The position numbers were made by a program, and so were the translations under genes. A stretch of DNA of 63,836 nucleotides, counting the filler, from Dicyema japonicum (Eukaryota; Animalia; Dicyemida), in NCBI GenBank assembly GCA_011109175.1. It is 6 parts of 6 records of this genome, joined end to end, with 100 filler letters (N's around TTAATTAATTAA, not from the genome) between each part and the next. Parts side by side here need not be neighbours in the genome. Positions count along the whole stretch, not along the records: positions 1 to 18,449 come from RDEW01000129.1; positions 18,550 to 27,615 come from RDEW01000066.1; 4 more parts are not named here. One strand, 5' to 3'. Within the stretch, counting starts at the first letter, position 1. The number at the start of each line of letters is the position of its first letter. Under the pieces are notes generated by a model. The model was not told where the DNA came from, ran no database searches, and saw only the letters and a program-made list of their open reading frames with translations. This document shows positions 12,914-24,057 of this stretch, in pieces.

Positions 12914-13026
12914 AGACAAGACAAGACAAATTTTATTTTCTAACAAACCCCAAAACTGAACCAAAACTAATTAAGTGGGTTTGTATTCATCGTGTAGGGT
13001 CATTTTATGAGACACCACATGTCTCT
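12914..13026 (-). mobile_element. Short 3'-end copy of the same LINE, joined head-to-tail to the 5' truncation point
   Basis: Matches 11260-11398 (with an internal deletion), including the (GACAA)3 tail. Confidence 0.9.
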
Positions 13027-13855
13027 GAAAAAGACCCGCCGAAATATTAAAGCCGAAAATATTTAGGTAATGCCATATTATTGAGATATTTATATCTTAT
13101 AACATTAAACTGATAAGGTTGAATTAAGTAATTCAAATTAAGAATAAAATTTAAAATATAAAAGAAAGGATTAAAATATGTGATAAAAATTACAAATAAC
13201 TCAAATATCGATGATTCAAAGGTTTTCNNNNNNNNNNNNNNNNNNNNNNNNNNNNNNNNNNNNNNNNNNNNNNNNNNNNNNNNNNNNNNNNNNNNNNNNN
13301 NNNNNNNNNNNNNNNNNNNNNNNNNNNNNNNNNNNNNNNGACGTTGAGGAATCAGATTTTTGCTGGTTATTCGAGCGAGTTTGTTAGCAAATTTGAGAAG
13401 GAATAGCCACGTAATCAGGGCTTATGCACTCATTTAGTTATTAACTCTCGATATAGCCTTATCGCCTCAAGACTAATGTAACCCCACTTGCGGAAGGTTT
13501 TAATCTTACTCCTGTCCCTTCAAGCGGAGGAAAGTGGTGATTAACAAAAACGTAACTACCATAGATGTGCGTTCCCAGAGATTCTAAAGATTGATCTGGG
13601 GGAGAAACAGAAAGTTGGCCTGGAAACGAGAAAAGGTGATTTGTCCTGTGATCACAAGTAAACATAAAGGGCAAAGTGACGACTTTGCCTGTCCAGTCTT
13701 GTATAAGTAGGAATTGAGACCCACGTGGTGATCGCAGGGAAGGCGCGTCAAGTTTACGTGAAAAGATATTAGTAAGCATAACTCATGTTTATTTTATTGC
13801 ATTAAATGTCTATCCTCATGTTTACCGCACATTAGTCACTATTTCTGTTATTTAA

Positions 13856-13956
13856 TGTGACCGGTTCAGAATGAGATACGGTTGAATACGAGCCGTTAAA
13901 TATCGATTTTAAATGTACCGATTTAAACAGCCAATCAAACAAAATGGCAATCGTCC
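13856..13956. mobile_element. Terminus of Ginger-type element (TGTGACC end), interrupted by a LINE
   Basis: Near-identical to the reverse complement of 51610-51710. Confidence 0.75.
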
Positions 13957-14618
13957 AAGACCAGACAAGACAAATTTTATTTTCTAACAAACCCCAAAAC
14001 TAATTACTGTTAAGAAACCAAAACCTGAACCAAAACTAATTAAGTGGGTTTGTATTCATCGTGTAGGGTCATTTTATAAAAAACCACATGTCTCTACTTC
14101 GTTTGGACCCCAAAAATTACATCACATTTTCCATAAGTGATGTAATAATTTTTCTATCTTTCTGACTTTCAGGTCGTAATCCTCTTCGATATTGGATTTT
14201 AAGTCCAGTCCATATGCCAATTTAATCGCAAATCTTCTGGACTTTTCCAATTTTTTGACAAAGACATCACTTTCTTTTGTTCTAAACCATCCTTGATAAC
14301 CATATATCAAGAATGGTTCAACACACGCCGAATACACAAAAAGAAAAGTTTCAGGCTCCAAATGAAATCGAATTAAAAATTTCAACATTCCTGTAGCTTT
14401 CTTTCTTCGTGTTTTAATATGTTCCTTGAAAGATCCTTTTCGGTCTATCAACAATCCGAGATACTTCAATGTTTCAGAGATTTTTATATCCCCAGTATTC
14501 ACACATTGATTAATATTTTTTCTTTTACTTGCAATCCAAGTGACTGTTGTTTTTTCCCTCGATAGAGTCAACCCATTGTTTTGGCACCACTTTCCAATCT
14601 TAGTAATATGGGATTCCA
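13957..14618 (-). mobile_element. Second, shorter 5'-truncated copy of the I-group LINE
   Basis: Near-identical to 11260-11917; same tail. Confidence 0.92.
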
Positions 14619-15189
14619 GTAAAAGAAACGAGTTTACTCAAAAAAACATGAATTAAAATTATATAAAGATTTATGTTATGCTTTAAAAATTATAAAATTG
14701 AATTNATCTTCAAAAATCCAATAATCAATCCCAATCTGACAATGGATTCTGCTTCTCCCCTGCTTGTTAAGACAAGCTTAACAATAGGCAAGCTAACACC
14801 ACGGCGTACAAATCTTTCAGCTCGGAACTCTCCTGTCAACTTTGACGGAAGAAAATCCTTTAATTCATCCATCTCTATCCATGTCGGTCCGAACTCATTA
14901 AGATAAACCAGTTTACTCAAAAAAACATGAAACTAAAATTATATAAAGATTTATGTTATGCTTTAAAAATTATAAAATTGAATTTATTTTTTAAATTATT
15001 AAATTATCTTACTATTAATAATACTGATAAGCATTCTAATAATTAAAAAATTAATTTCAACAATAAAACTCTTCATTTTTCAATATTTTAAACTATTAAA
15101 AATTCTAGGTTAGACAATTGTATTCATTTAAGTTTCAATTAAGACAAAAAATTCAAAAAAAATATTTTATTTATAAGAAAAGGTAAGTC

Positions 15190-16470
15190 ACTTCTTTTTA
15201 AGCTTTTAACGCGACTAATGTGGAAGATCTCGGTATGTCCCTCATTTGATTGAAGTGTCATTCGCTTGTTAGACAATATATCTACGACTTTCACTTTTTC
15301 ATGTAGGGAAATTCAAATTTCCCTAACTTTAGCGAGGGATTTGTCCCATGGTCTTTTTTTACGCAAACCTATATTGTCAATGTAATTAACTAACCTCATC
15401 TCTTTTCTCGAATGAGTATTTTGAGCAATGAACACCCATTTTTCTGTTCATTCTTTTGAAATAAGGGGAATTCAAATCTAAGTCAAATTCTATGAAATAA
15501 TGCATGAAGTCAAATTCTATGAAATAATAAAAAAATTGATAACCTGACTTTCCACTTGATTTAACGAATCTCTCTGTTTCAATTTGAGTTTCTAAATTTC
15601 GCTTAACTATCAAACCATTCACAACTGCTTCATCATTTTTTTCAATGTAGCCTACATAAGAGAGAATTGGATTAAATCCTTTGATGCCTCTGTAACGACA
15701 AAACGGATTGTCACCTAATTTATATATAAGGCCATATAACCTGTTGAACTATGATAACAAGATTATAAAATTGGACAGCTTTTTTAATCTATTTTTCCAA
15801 CATTTATTTGGATCATCAAACAACATCTTCGACAAAGTTCGAGTGATTGTCTGATTGAATCTTTCTACAATTCCTATTAAAAAAATAATTCAATTGTATA
15901 ACTTGACTACGTGGGTTGTTTGGACGTGAATGAATTTGAATAATGTTATATTTCTTTCAAATTGCAGTGACATGTGAGTTTTTAAAATCGGAGCCATTGT
16001 CCGACTGTAAATATAAACATGGTCCATAATCCATGAACATATTTTGAATAAATATCAATAGCCGTTAAAAGCCACGAATAACCATCATTATGCTCGCTAA
16101 ACCTAGAGAATATAAAAAATTGATACCTTTTAAGATCGATTAAATCTATTTGAAATCTCTCATTAGGCCGAGTTGCTATTATATGATTTTCTTCGTCATA
16201 TTCCTTAAGACTTCTGGCAAAAAGACATGTCTCACAATTGGAAACAACACCGCGAATAACATCTCTCTTCACAAAAAAATATCGTTCTTTACAATATGCT
16301 TCTAGGATGTTTTGGCCACAATGTGTTAAATCATGAATTTTAGTAGCGACAAACTTCATTTCCTCAACGTTGTCCGAAACAATAACCAATTTATCGCCTT
16401 CTGGGTCTTTAAGATACATTCTTCCTCCGTTAAGAACGAAGCTCTTGGACTTTTTTTGCAAATTTAAGAG
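15190..16470 (-). mobile_element. Ginger/Tdd-type DDE integrase-transposase pseudogene with tiny introns
   Basis: HHCC finger (IHDLTH...CETC), RPNERFQIDLID, LQSDNGSDF, RPNNPRSQG.VERFNQT and a C-terminal VCVKKD module. Introns at 16103-16126 (24 nt), 15874-15901 (28 nt, donor reads TT), 15517-15543 (27 nt) and 15369-15394 (26 nt). Internal deletion after YSKY, plus stops. Confidence 0.85.
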
Positions 16471-16918
16471 AGTTTACTGTAATATTTTACATTTTCGGGT
16501 TGCAGGATGTTTCCTGCTATTTTATTAAAATGTATGATCAATAGGAGAAATTACTACCAATTTATTCCACAATTGCTGAAATGTGTTTCGATTGAATTTT
16601 TAATTATATTTTTGATTATTCTATTGCATTTATGTTTTTAATTTTTATTTACTCTTTAAATCACAATAATGCAAAGATATCCACCACTTTTCAGACTACA
16701 GTGATCCCTTACTTCTACAATCACTCTGCCTTATACAATGTCAATTTTTCTCAAATACGAAACAGTCTACGCCACTTCTCTACATCCACCATGTTATTTC
16801 GGTAGTTTAATGTCAATGAATTATTTATATATAATTAAAAAGAAAAAGTAATCACTCTGTCGATGGATACGATAATAAATTGAACAGAAATCATAGCTAT
16901 CTTGAAATTTCTCTTACG

Positions 16919-18031
16919 TCACACATCAATCTCACACCAACTAACTTTAACATCATTAAGCCTTAATATGAGATAATTGTCATTATTATAATCTAAAAGA
17001 AAATAATATTAGTAATTGAGTATGCCAATCTGTAGTGGATAAAAACGTATTCTATTATATGGTATTAGATAAACGACTGCAAAGATCACAACTATTCCGC
17101 CAATTACACAAACTAGTACTGGAAATTTGTTTTCTAAATTTTACTTAATATTACTGATTGCATGAGAGTTTTTTGTTCTTATAAAACTTTGAGAAGTTGT
17201 TGTATTTAATTTTGTTTTTAAAGCCTTTGACGTTAATTTTGTATTCAAAACCTTTAACGTTAATTTTGTATTTAAAGCCTTTAACGTTAAATTTGTTTTT
17301 ATAGCCTTTGACGTTAATTTTTTGGGTTTATATTCTACAAATTTACATTTTTGTTTTTAGTACTTGTTAAGTAATTGTGATTTGTAGCTGTATTTAATTT
17401 AGTCTTCATATGGGATGTTGATTTGAATTGGAGATTTCTTTCAAAATCACATCCGAGTGCTAAATATTGGTTATCATAAGTAACCCATTCCAGTAAATAT
17501 TGTAATATTATCTGTTTTTGATAGTTGCATTTTCATATCTCTTATTTTTATAGTAGCATATTCAGAAATATTTACAACTATTTCAGTGCAGTTGTAATAA
17601 CCATTCGTCCAAATATTAATACTTGGAGTAAATATAAGTCTATGAATGGAAATCAATGTTAATCCCCAGGAAACATATATATTTTTTGATAAACGGGAAA
17701 TTAATATTCTGAATTCTATATCATTTTTCTTCCATTTAAGTTCACCAGGTAAATGTAGAGGTAAACTAAAATAAAAAATTGCGTCAATTAAATTTTCATA
17801 TTTCATCTTTTTTGAATATAATGTGATTACAGTATTATTAATTTTATATTCAACTTCAATTATCCCACTAAATAACGATACAACTCGGTTATTCTCTATT
17901 CCACCCCACACAGGGACAATATCAGACAAATTTTCAAAAGTATCAATATTCCGCAACACATTTCTATTGATTACTAAACACGCATATATTACTATTATTA
18001 ATTTATTTTATAAACCTAGGAATAAGAGCAT
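16919..18031 (-). CDS. Orphan type I membrane protein: signal peptide, Ig-like domain, repeat stalk, TM helix, Tyr-containing tail (326 aa predicted)
   Basis: Six exons (18031-18016, 17991-17485, 17459-17364, 17334-17155, 17133-17026, 16992-16919) separated by five phase-1 introns of 24, 25, 29, 21 and 33 nt (last is GC-AG). The spliced frame is open: MLLFLVIYACLVIN..., ELKWKKND, NGYYNC, TM FPVLVCVIGGIVVIFAVVYLIPY. Confidence 0.75.
17208..17322 (-). repeat. 27-bp coding tandem repeat, about 4 copies
   Basis: Encodes KLTSKAIKT/NLTLKALNT/KLTLKVLNT/KLTSKALKT in the stalk exon. Confidence 0.9.
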
Positions 18032-18169
18032 TCTCACAGAAATTGTCCTAATTATGAATTAAAATTATTTATATTTAAATACCAATTAATAATAATTTAT
18101 TTTATTAATTTCGAAAAATGAAAATTCTTCACATGTCAAAAAGATTTAGCAGTCTCTTCCTGAATTCTC

Positions 18170-18449
18170 TGTTAACAAGGAAGCAGGCCATGCTCGTGAG
18201 GTCTGAGCCGTGCTTATCAGCTTTCCCTGCTTTTCTCGTTCTCTCAACGTGACTGAACGATGCTATATACTGGAATTCTTTTCAAAGATTTGCAACTGTC
18301 ATCTAGCCAAAACAGACGTGGCTGTCTTTGGGCGGGGCGTCGTCCGAGAACGGTGCCAGGCTCAACGCAGTTCACAAAGGAGTTTTGGGTACCTTCCTGG
18401 AAAATGAATGCGTCCGTATTGGGATCTCATTACGACTGAGATTAAAGTC
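18170..18449 (+). mobile_element. CRE-type fragment, thumb-to-zinc-knuckle region
   Basis: ENGARLNAVHKGVLGTFLENECVRIGISLRL matches 50920-51030 and 44480-44560. Confidence 0.7.
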
Positions 18450-18549
18450 NNNNNNNNNNNNNNNNNNNNNNNNNNNNNNNNNNNNNNNNNNNNTTAATTA
18501 ATTAANNNNNNNNNNNNNNNNNNNNNNNNNNNNNNNNNNNNNNNNNNNN
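18450..18549. other. Artificial 100-nt contig spacer (44N-TTAATTAATTAA-44N)
   Basis: The same 12-mer, with stops in all six frames, sits inside N runs at 18494, 27660, 30522, 59303 and 62751. Confidence 0.95.
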
Positions 18550-18559
18550 GAGTTGCGGC

Positions 18560-19070
18560 CAATGACACTTTTAACAGCTTCCTGGATTGTGAACAGTTTC
18601 AGGAGAGAAATGGCCGTTAGCCAAGAGGTCAATGCCGGTTGTACAAATTGCCGATAAAAGTGGAGAGAGGTAAACGTTTCTTCCAAGGGGTTTTGAGATT
18701 ATCCTCGGGATCCTCATTCTCGTAAGTGTCGTAGTCGCCCGATTCTCAACATATTTTGCGAATGTAAATCTTGATCAAACTTCACTCCCAGGATGGTTGG
18801 TATGGTCATAAGAATCCTTGTATAATGTTGTCTGTAATATGTAAAGAAGGTCACAAATGATTTTGGTGACATCATCAGACGTAGTCCTCCCGACCATTGT
18901 GTTAACCAAATGAGCATTATTTGAAATTTCTAAGATGAACATGAATTTCTTGGAAGTTTTTTTTCATCGTGAATTTTGATGTATTCGATCGTATTCCATA
19001 TCCTTGTAGCAGATAGGGTTACATAGAGATCTTGGATAACTTCGCCCACTGTTTTATGCTCGTGGGACCT
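18560..19070 (-). mobile_element. LINE RT thumb-region relic
   Basis: PTILGVKFDQDL and FYRQFVQPALT.W motifs. Confidence 0.55.
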
Positions 19071-21041
19071 AAGGACTACAGGTTTAACCCGCCATTATTA
19101 GTCAAAAATTAAAAATTTTTTAATTTAATCTCTTTATTTTAATTGACTAAAAAAAGGAAAGTCAGGTACCAAGTGTCAAGAGACAGTCGCCATTGATGTT
19201 AACGATGGCAATTTCAGACGTTTACGCAACAAATCAGCTCCCGAGGATCTCCAAGTCTTAAGGAAATTGTGCTTCCTCTCGGAGAACGATTCTGGCAACA
19301 GGCTGGTTACAGTCGAATTTCTCAAACGGACGAAGTGAAAATGATCATTGATTTCAAAAAAAAAATTTTTTAAATTGATTGCAAACTGATTAAATGTTAG
19401 CAAAATAAAAACATTTAAGTTACTACGGGGGAATCTACCAGAACTCTTCTTGTGAAATTGTGGAGCGAATTCTCGACTCCAAGGATTGGGTAGGCATTCA
19501 ACCAACAATCACTATTCTCCATGCATGCTAAACGAAAGCAACCCAGGCGGTGTTGGTTAAAGTTTTTCTTGAGCTCCAAAAATTGAAGTGATTCTTATTT
19601 CTCTCCAAGACCTCCGAGGAGTCTTTTTAAAATAAGATCTCGAAATGTTGAGTAAAATCACTGACAACAGGAAAACACATGAAGCACAGGAAGCTCAATG
19701 TCTGGAACAGATCTGAGGCTAAAACCTCCCAGAGAGGTTGGGATGTGCATTGCTTCCAACCTTGTTCATCGGGGGTGTTTAGGATGTCCAAATCTCGGAA
19801 TACTGGCGAACATTTCAGAACAAAGAGTAACTTTCGTATAAAAAGACAATTTTCGGAAGAACCTTTAATCAAGGATCCTCAGTCTCTTGGATAGAATGCG
19901 TAGCAGAGAAAACACTACTCAGTTCCTCAGAAAACACTACAAGAACGCGAGCTATGTCGTCAACAGTCAATGCAAATAGTAATGGTTCAAACGTGTCCCG
20001 TTGCTGGATACCAGTCAAGTACGGACGATATTGTCTCAAAAAATGAGTGTTATCCTAACTATAAGCCAAGGAAATCAGTTTACAGATTTCGACTGCCCTG
20101 CTAAGTTGAATGACATGTTACAGTAAGGTCTCCCATAGGAATCCTGAGGTCCGCGTAGAGAATAATAAAGCTTAATATTAAAATTTATGCAGCAAATCAT
20201 CAATTCACAACTGACTTGATAATTTGCCTATTTTGTAACGATAAAGGATTTATTTACCCCCTGGTCCATTCAAATAAAGGAAACAAATGATTAAAGGGAC
20301 GGCCAAAAGTGGATGCCCCCGAGATCAATCATATGAATCTGATGTGACGTGGAAATTGTGAGGGACCTATGATTAGCATTGGTTTGCTTAAAGTAGAGGA
20401 ATTCTATGATCAGCTCTCGATTTATAATTTCTTGGTATCTTAAGGTCTAACGTTTCTTGGATGATACACCGAGAAAGAAGTTGACAATAATCAACTGGGT
20501 ATATTCAGTTCATCCGGTTGCAGTTACAAAGAGATCAGTCCTTGCATATGCAAGTTCATTCTGTCTCATAGATGTTGGTATCTCTCCGAGAAGTGATAAC
20601 ACGCAGTCATCAAGGAAAATGATCTTTTTGAGCTTTGAAGAATATTTATATTATCATGTTAAGCCTCTTTCTGTTTAAGAACCAACCACTGACAGCAACC
20701 CTGGTGTGAACTAAATCACTCAATTGCCAAGTGGATAACAAATGTCAGCAGAGTAAGCCGGCTGCGTGGATTGCGAAAGAGTTCCCTCGGAGTATGGCCA
20801 TTCCAATCTTTTGTCTCAGCCATAACCCTTCTCGTTGATCCCTTTTCTTTCTGGCAAGCATTCCTCCGAGCTTTTATACCAGAGCTTTTCAAAAAATAAT
20901 TCTCGCGGCACACTAATCGTAAAAAAAATAAACCACGGCACACATTAAAAAATAAAAAAATTAATTTTTTAAGATGTGTAAAACTAAGTACAAAAATTGG
21001 TAATTTAATGCCCAANAAAGTTGACATATTAACTTAATTTT

Positions 21042-21373
21042 ATGAGAATTGTCGTGAAATTAGCATTTTAGTTATTTTCATTATTTCTCTCAACAATATT
21101 CTTCACAAACTGCTTTGCTTTCAATTATATGCAAGATGATGCTCCAACACAGCCAACCAAAACTCTGAGTTAACGAGAAAAAAATCTAATATGGATCAAT
21201 CAAATAACGACTATCAAAACTATTATCAGCGTTTGAAGTCTGTCGTTCACCTTGGGAACATGTCTTGTAGTACATTTTTACCGCAAATATCAGGAAAGAA
21301 AACAGGTATTTTAATCACTAATTTAAAGGCCAAATTAACAGCTGATCCTGATTTCACCCTCTTGATTGACTAA
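21042..21373 (+). pseudogene. Possible small single-pass membrane protein pseudogene
   Basis: With 18-nt (21054-21071) and 23-nt (21306-21328) GT-AG introns: MRIV|LFSLFLSTIFFTNCFA (signal-like)...TIKTIISV*SLSFTLGTCLVVHFY (TM-like) RKYQERKQ|AKLTADPDFTLLID*; two in-frame stops. Confidence 0.35.
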
Positions 21374-23022
21374 CAAATCTAATGAGAATGATTATAGAAT
21401 TTCACTGTTTTATGCGTGTTCACTTAGGAGTTAGTGAATCCTTGATTTTGATACTTCTCATGAGTCTCAAGTCAATATTTAGTTCGCTTTTCTAGTCATT
21501 GCTATTTAAGTTCTCAACAGTCTTGTCTAAGTGGCAATCACCTCTTCCCCTCTTGAGAGCCGTCACCGTTGGAAATCCCGTGATTAAGCTTAAATGAGTA
21601 TTTATCGCGAATGAGAAATAGTTTGATTACATAAGCAAGGTTTTACAGATTTTATTCAAGTTAACCCACTTTTCAGTTTTATTAGACCACGTGGTAATTA
21701 TTTGATTGAAGTGCTTAAATCTGATTTATTATCCTATCATGTTGGTCTTCACTCTCATCAGATCAACAAGCTTATCCGTTGAACAATGAACTGTTTGAAA
21801 ATTTTCACAAAAAATTAACAGAAATTAACTTTTTAGTAGAAAATGGGTTTTATCTGATTTTAGTGACAATTTCTAAAATTGACACGAATTTCTGTCATAA
21901 AATTCCTCATGTGACCTCAATAATACATAAATTGGGTTAGCAGATGATAAGAAACAGTTTTTTTCTGCATCATTGATTCAGAGTATGTTACACCTTATCG
22001 TTGGACTTCGACCTCCTCTGATTTTATCTTCAATATTCTTAAGCTTTTAGNAATTTTTTTACTCTATAATTGATATTATTCTCGCTCTCTCCTCAGAGTT
22101 TTTCTTTGTAGAACCAAACAATGATAGCGCAGGAAACGCCGCTGGCCTTTTTTCTAAAGAAAAGATCTTTAAAAAATTTTCTAATAACATTCATATAAGA
22201 TCTCTACTATTTAATTTTATTAGTGATGCCCTCTTCGTACCTCTTCAATCTAGGCATCTATAAAAAAAGATCTGTTCAGCATAGATTATCAAGGAAGTCT
22301 CAATTAAAGCACGTGGATTATCTTTTATGAGTTCCATAATAATACGATTAATATTATTCAGGATTATGACACTTGGAAAGGGAATTTTTTCGTGCGTGGC
22401 CGCAACGAGTGTTCGATAAATATTGTTTTCAGAATTTCTCTTAAGATCGCTATTTTGAACATAGCGAATGATCTTACTTCCGGGGTGAACGACATAAGTT
22501 ACAGCTTGGTTGTGGTGTGGAATAATTCTTTTCTGATAATTCTCTAAGTGATGCTTCTGTCAAATATTTCCTTTTATGTTCACAAAATAGCTTTCTGGAT
22601 TCATAAATAGTTACTTCCTCTCAAAATTTGACTTAAAACAATCAAAAAATAATCACTCAACCTCATTAGTAAAAAGAGTAAATGTCTTTCGATTGGATTC
22701 CAGTAAATCGGTTGCCCAGATATTTTTATCAGTGATAGTACAACTAGGTAAATTATTAACACTAAAATGAGTCTATGGCTATCAAATAAATCAAGCTAAC
22801 GATAATTAAACAAAATTAAATATAGATTAATCATAGAATCTTTAAATGTCTTTCGATTGGCTTCCAGTAAATCGGTTGCCCACATATTTTTATCAGTGAT
22901 AGTACAACTAGGTAAATTATTAACACTAAAATGAGTCTATGGCTATCAAATAAATCAAGCTAACGATAATTAAACAAAATTAAATATAGATTAATCATAG
23001 AAACTTTAGTTAGAATAAGAAA

Positions 23023-23096
23023 TCCCCGGTAGCTCAGTTGGTTAGAGCGTCGTGCTAATAACGCGAAGGTCGCGGGTTCGAACCCCACTCGGGGCA
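23023..23096 (+). tRNA. trnI-AAT: tRNA-Ile(AAT)
   Basis: Cloverleaf with A box TAGCTCAGTTGG, anticodon loop CT-AAT-AA (23057-23059) and B box GGTTCGAACC; mismatches T1:C72 and C50:A64. Confidence 0.9.
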
Positions 23097-23103
23097 TTTT
23101 TTT
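23097..23103 (+). terminator. RNA polymerase III T-run terminator
   Basis: T7 immediately after the tRNA discriminator base. Confidence 0.75.
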
Positions 23104-24057
23104 GATTTTNNNNNNNNNNNNNNNNNNNNNNNNNNNNNNNNNNNNNNNNNNNNNNNNNNNNNNNNNNNNNNNNNNNNNNNNNNNNNNNNNNNNNNNNNNN
23201 NNNNNNNNNNNNNNNNNNNNNNNNNNNNNNNNNNNNNNNNNNNNNNNNNNNNNNNNNNNNNNNNNNNNNNNNNNNNNNNNNNNNNNNNNNNNNNNNNNNN
23301 NNNNNNNNNNNNNNNNNNNNNNNNNNNNNNNNNNNNNNNNNNNNNNNNNNNNNNNNNNNNNNNNNNNNNNNNNNNNNNNNNNNNNNNNNNNNNNNNNNNN
23401 NNNNNNNNNNNNNNNNNNNNNNNNNNNNNNNNNNNNNNNNNNNNNNNNNNNNNNNNNNNNNNNNNNNNNNNNNNNNNNNNNNNNNNNNNNNNNNNNNNNN
23501 NNNNNNNNNNNNNNNNNNNNNNNNNNNNNNNNNNNNNNNNNNNNNNNNNNNNNNNNNNNNNNNNNNNNNNNNNNNNNNNNNNNNNNNNNNNNNNNNNNNN
23601 NNNNNNNNNNNNNNNNNNNNNNNNNNNNNNNNNNNNNNNNNNNNNNNNNNNNNNNNNNNNNNNNNNNNNNNNNNNNNNNNNNNNNNNNNNNNNNNNNNNN
23701 NNNNNNNNNNNNNNNNNNNNNNNNNNNNNNNNNNNNNNNNNNNNNNNNNNNNNNNNNNNNNNNNNNNNNNNNNNNNNNNNNNNNNNNNNNNNNNNNNNNN
23801 NNNNNNNNNNNNNNNNNNNNNNNNNNNNNNNNNNNNNNNNNNNNNNNNNNNNNNNNNNNNNNNNNNNNNNNNNNNNNNNNNNNNNNNNNNNNNNNNNNNN
23901 NNNNNNNNNNNNNNNNNNNNNNNNNNNNNNNNNNNNNNNNNNNNNNNNNNNNNNNNNNNNNNNNNNNNNNNNNNNNNNNNNNNNNNNNNNNNNNNNNNNN
24001 NNNNNNNNNNNNNNNNNNNNNNNNNNNNNNNNNNNNNNNNNNNNNNNNNNNNNNAAT

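Noticed and set aside
18494-18505. Palindromic TTAATTAATTAA recurring five times (possible piggyBac TTAA site, PacI site or regulatory repeat)
   Set aside because: Always centred in an identical 44N+12+44N spacer with stops in six frames; it is an assembly linker, not genomic DNA.
22050-22800. Possible THAP domain or host gene remnant on the minus strand
   Set aside because: No C2CH pattern; frames are broken and no consistent intron chain could be built.
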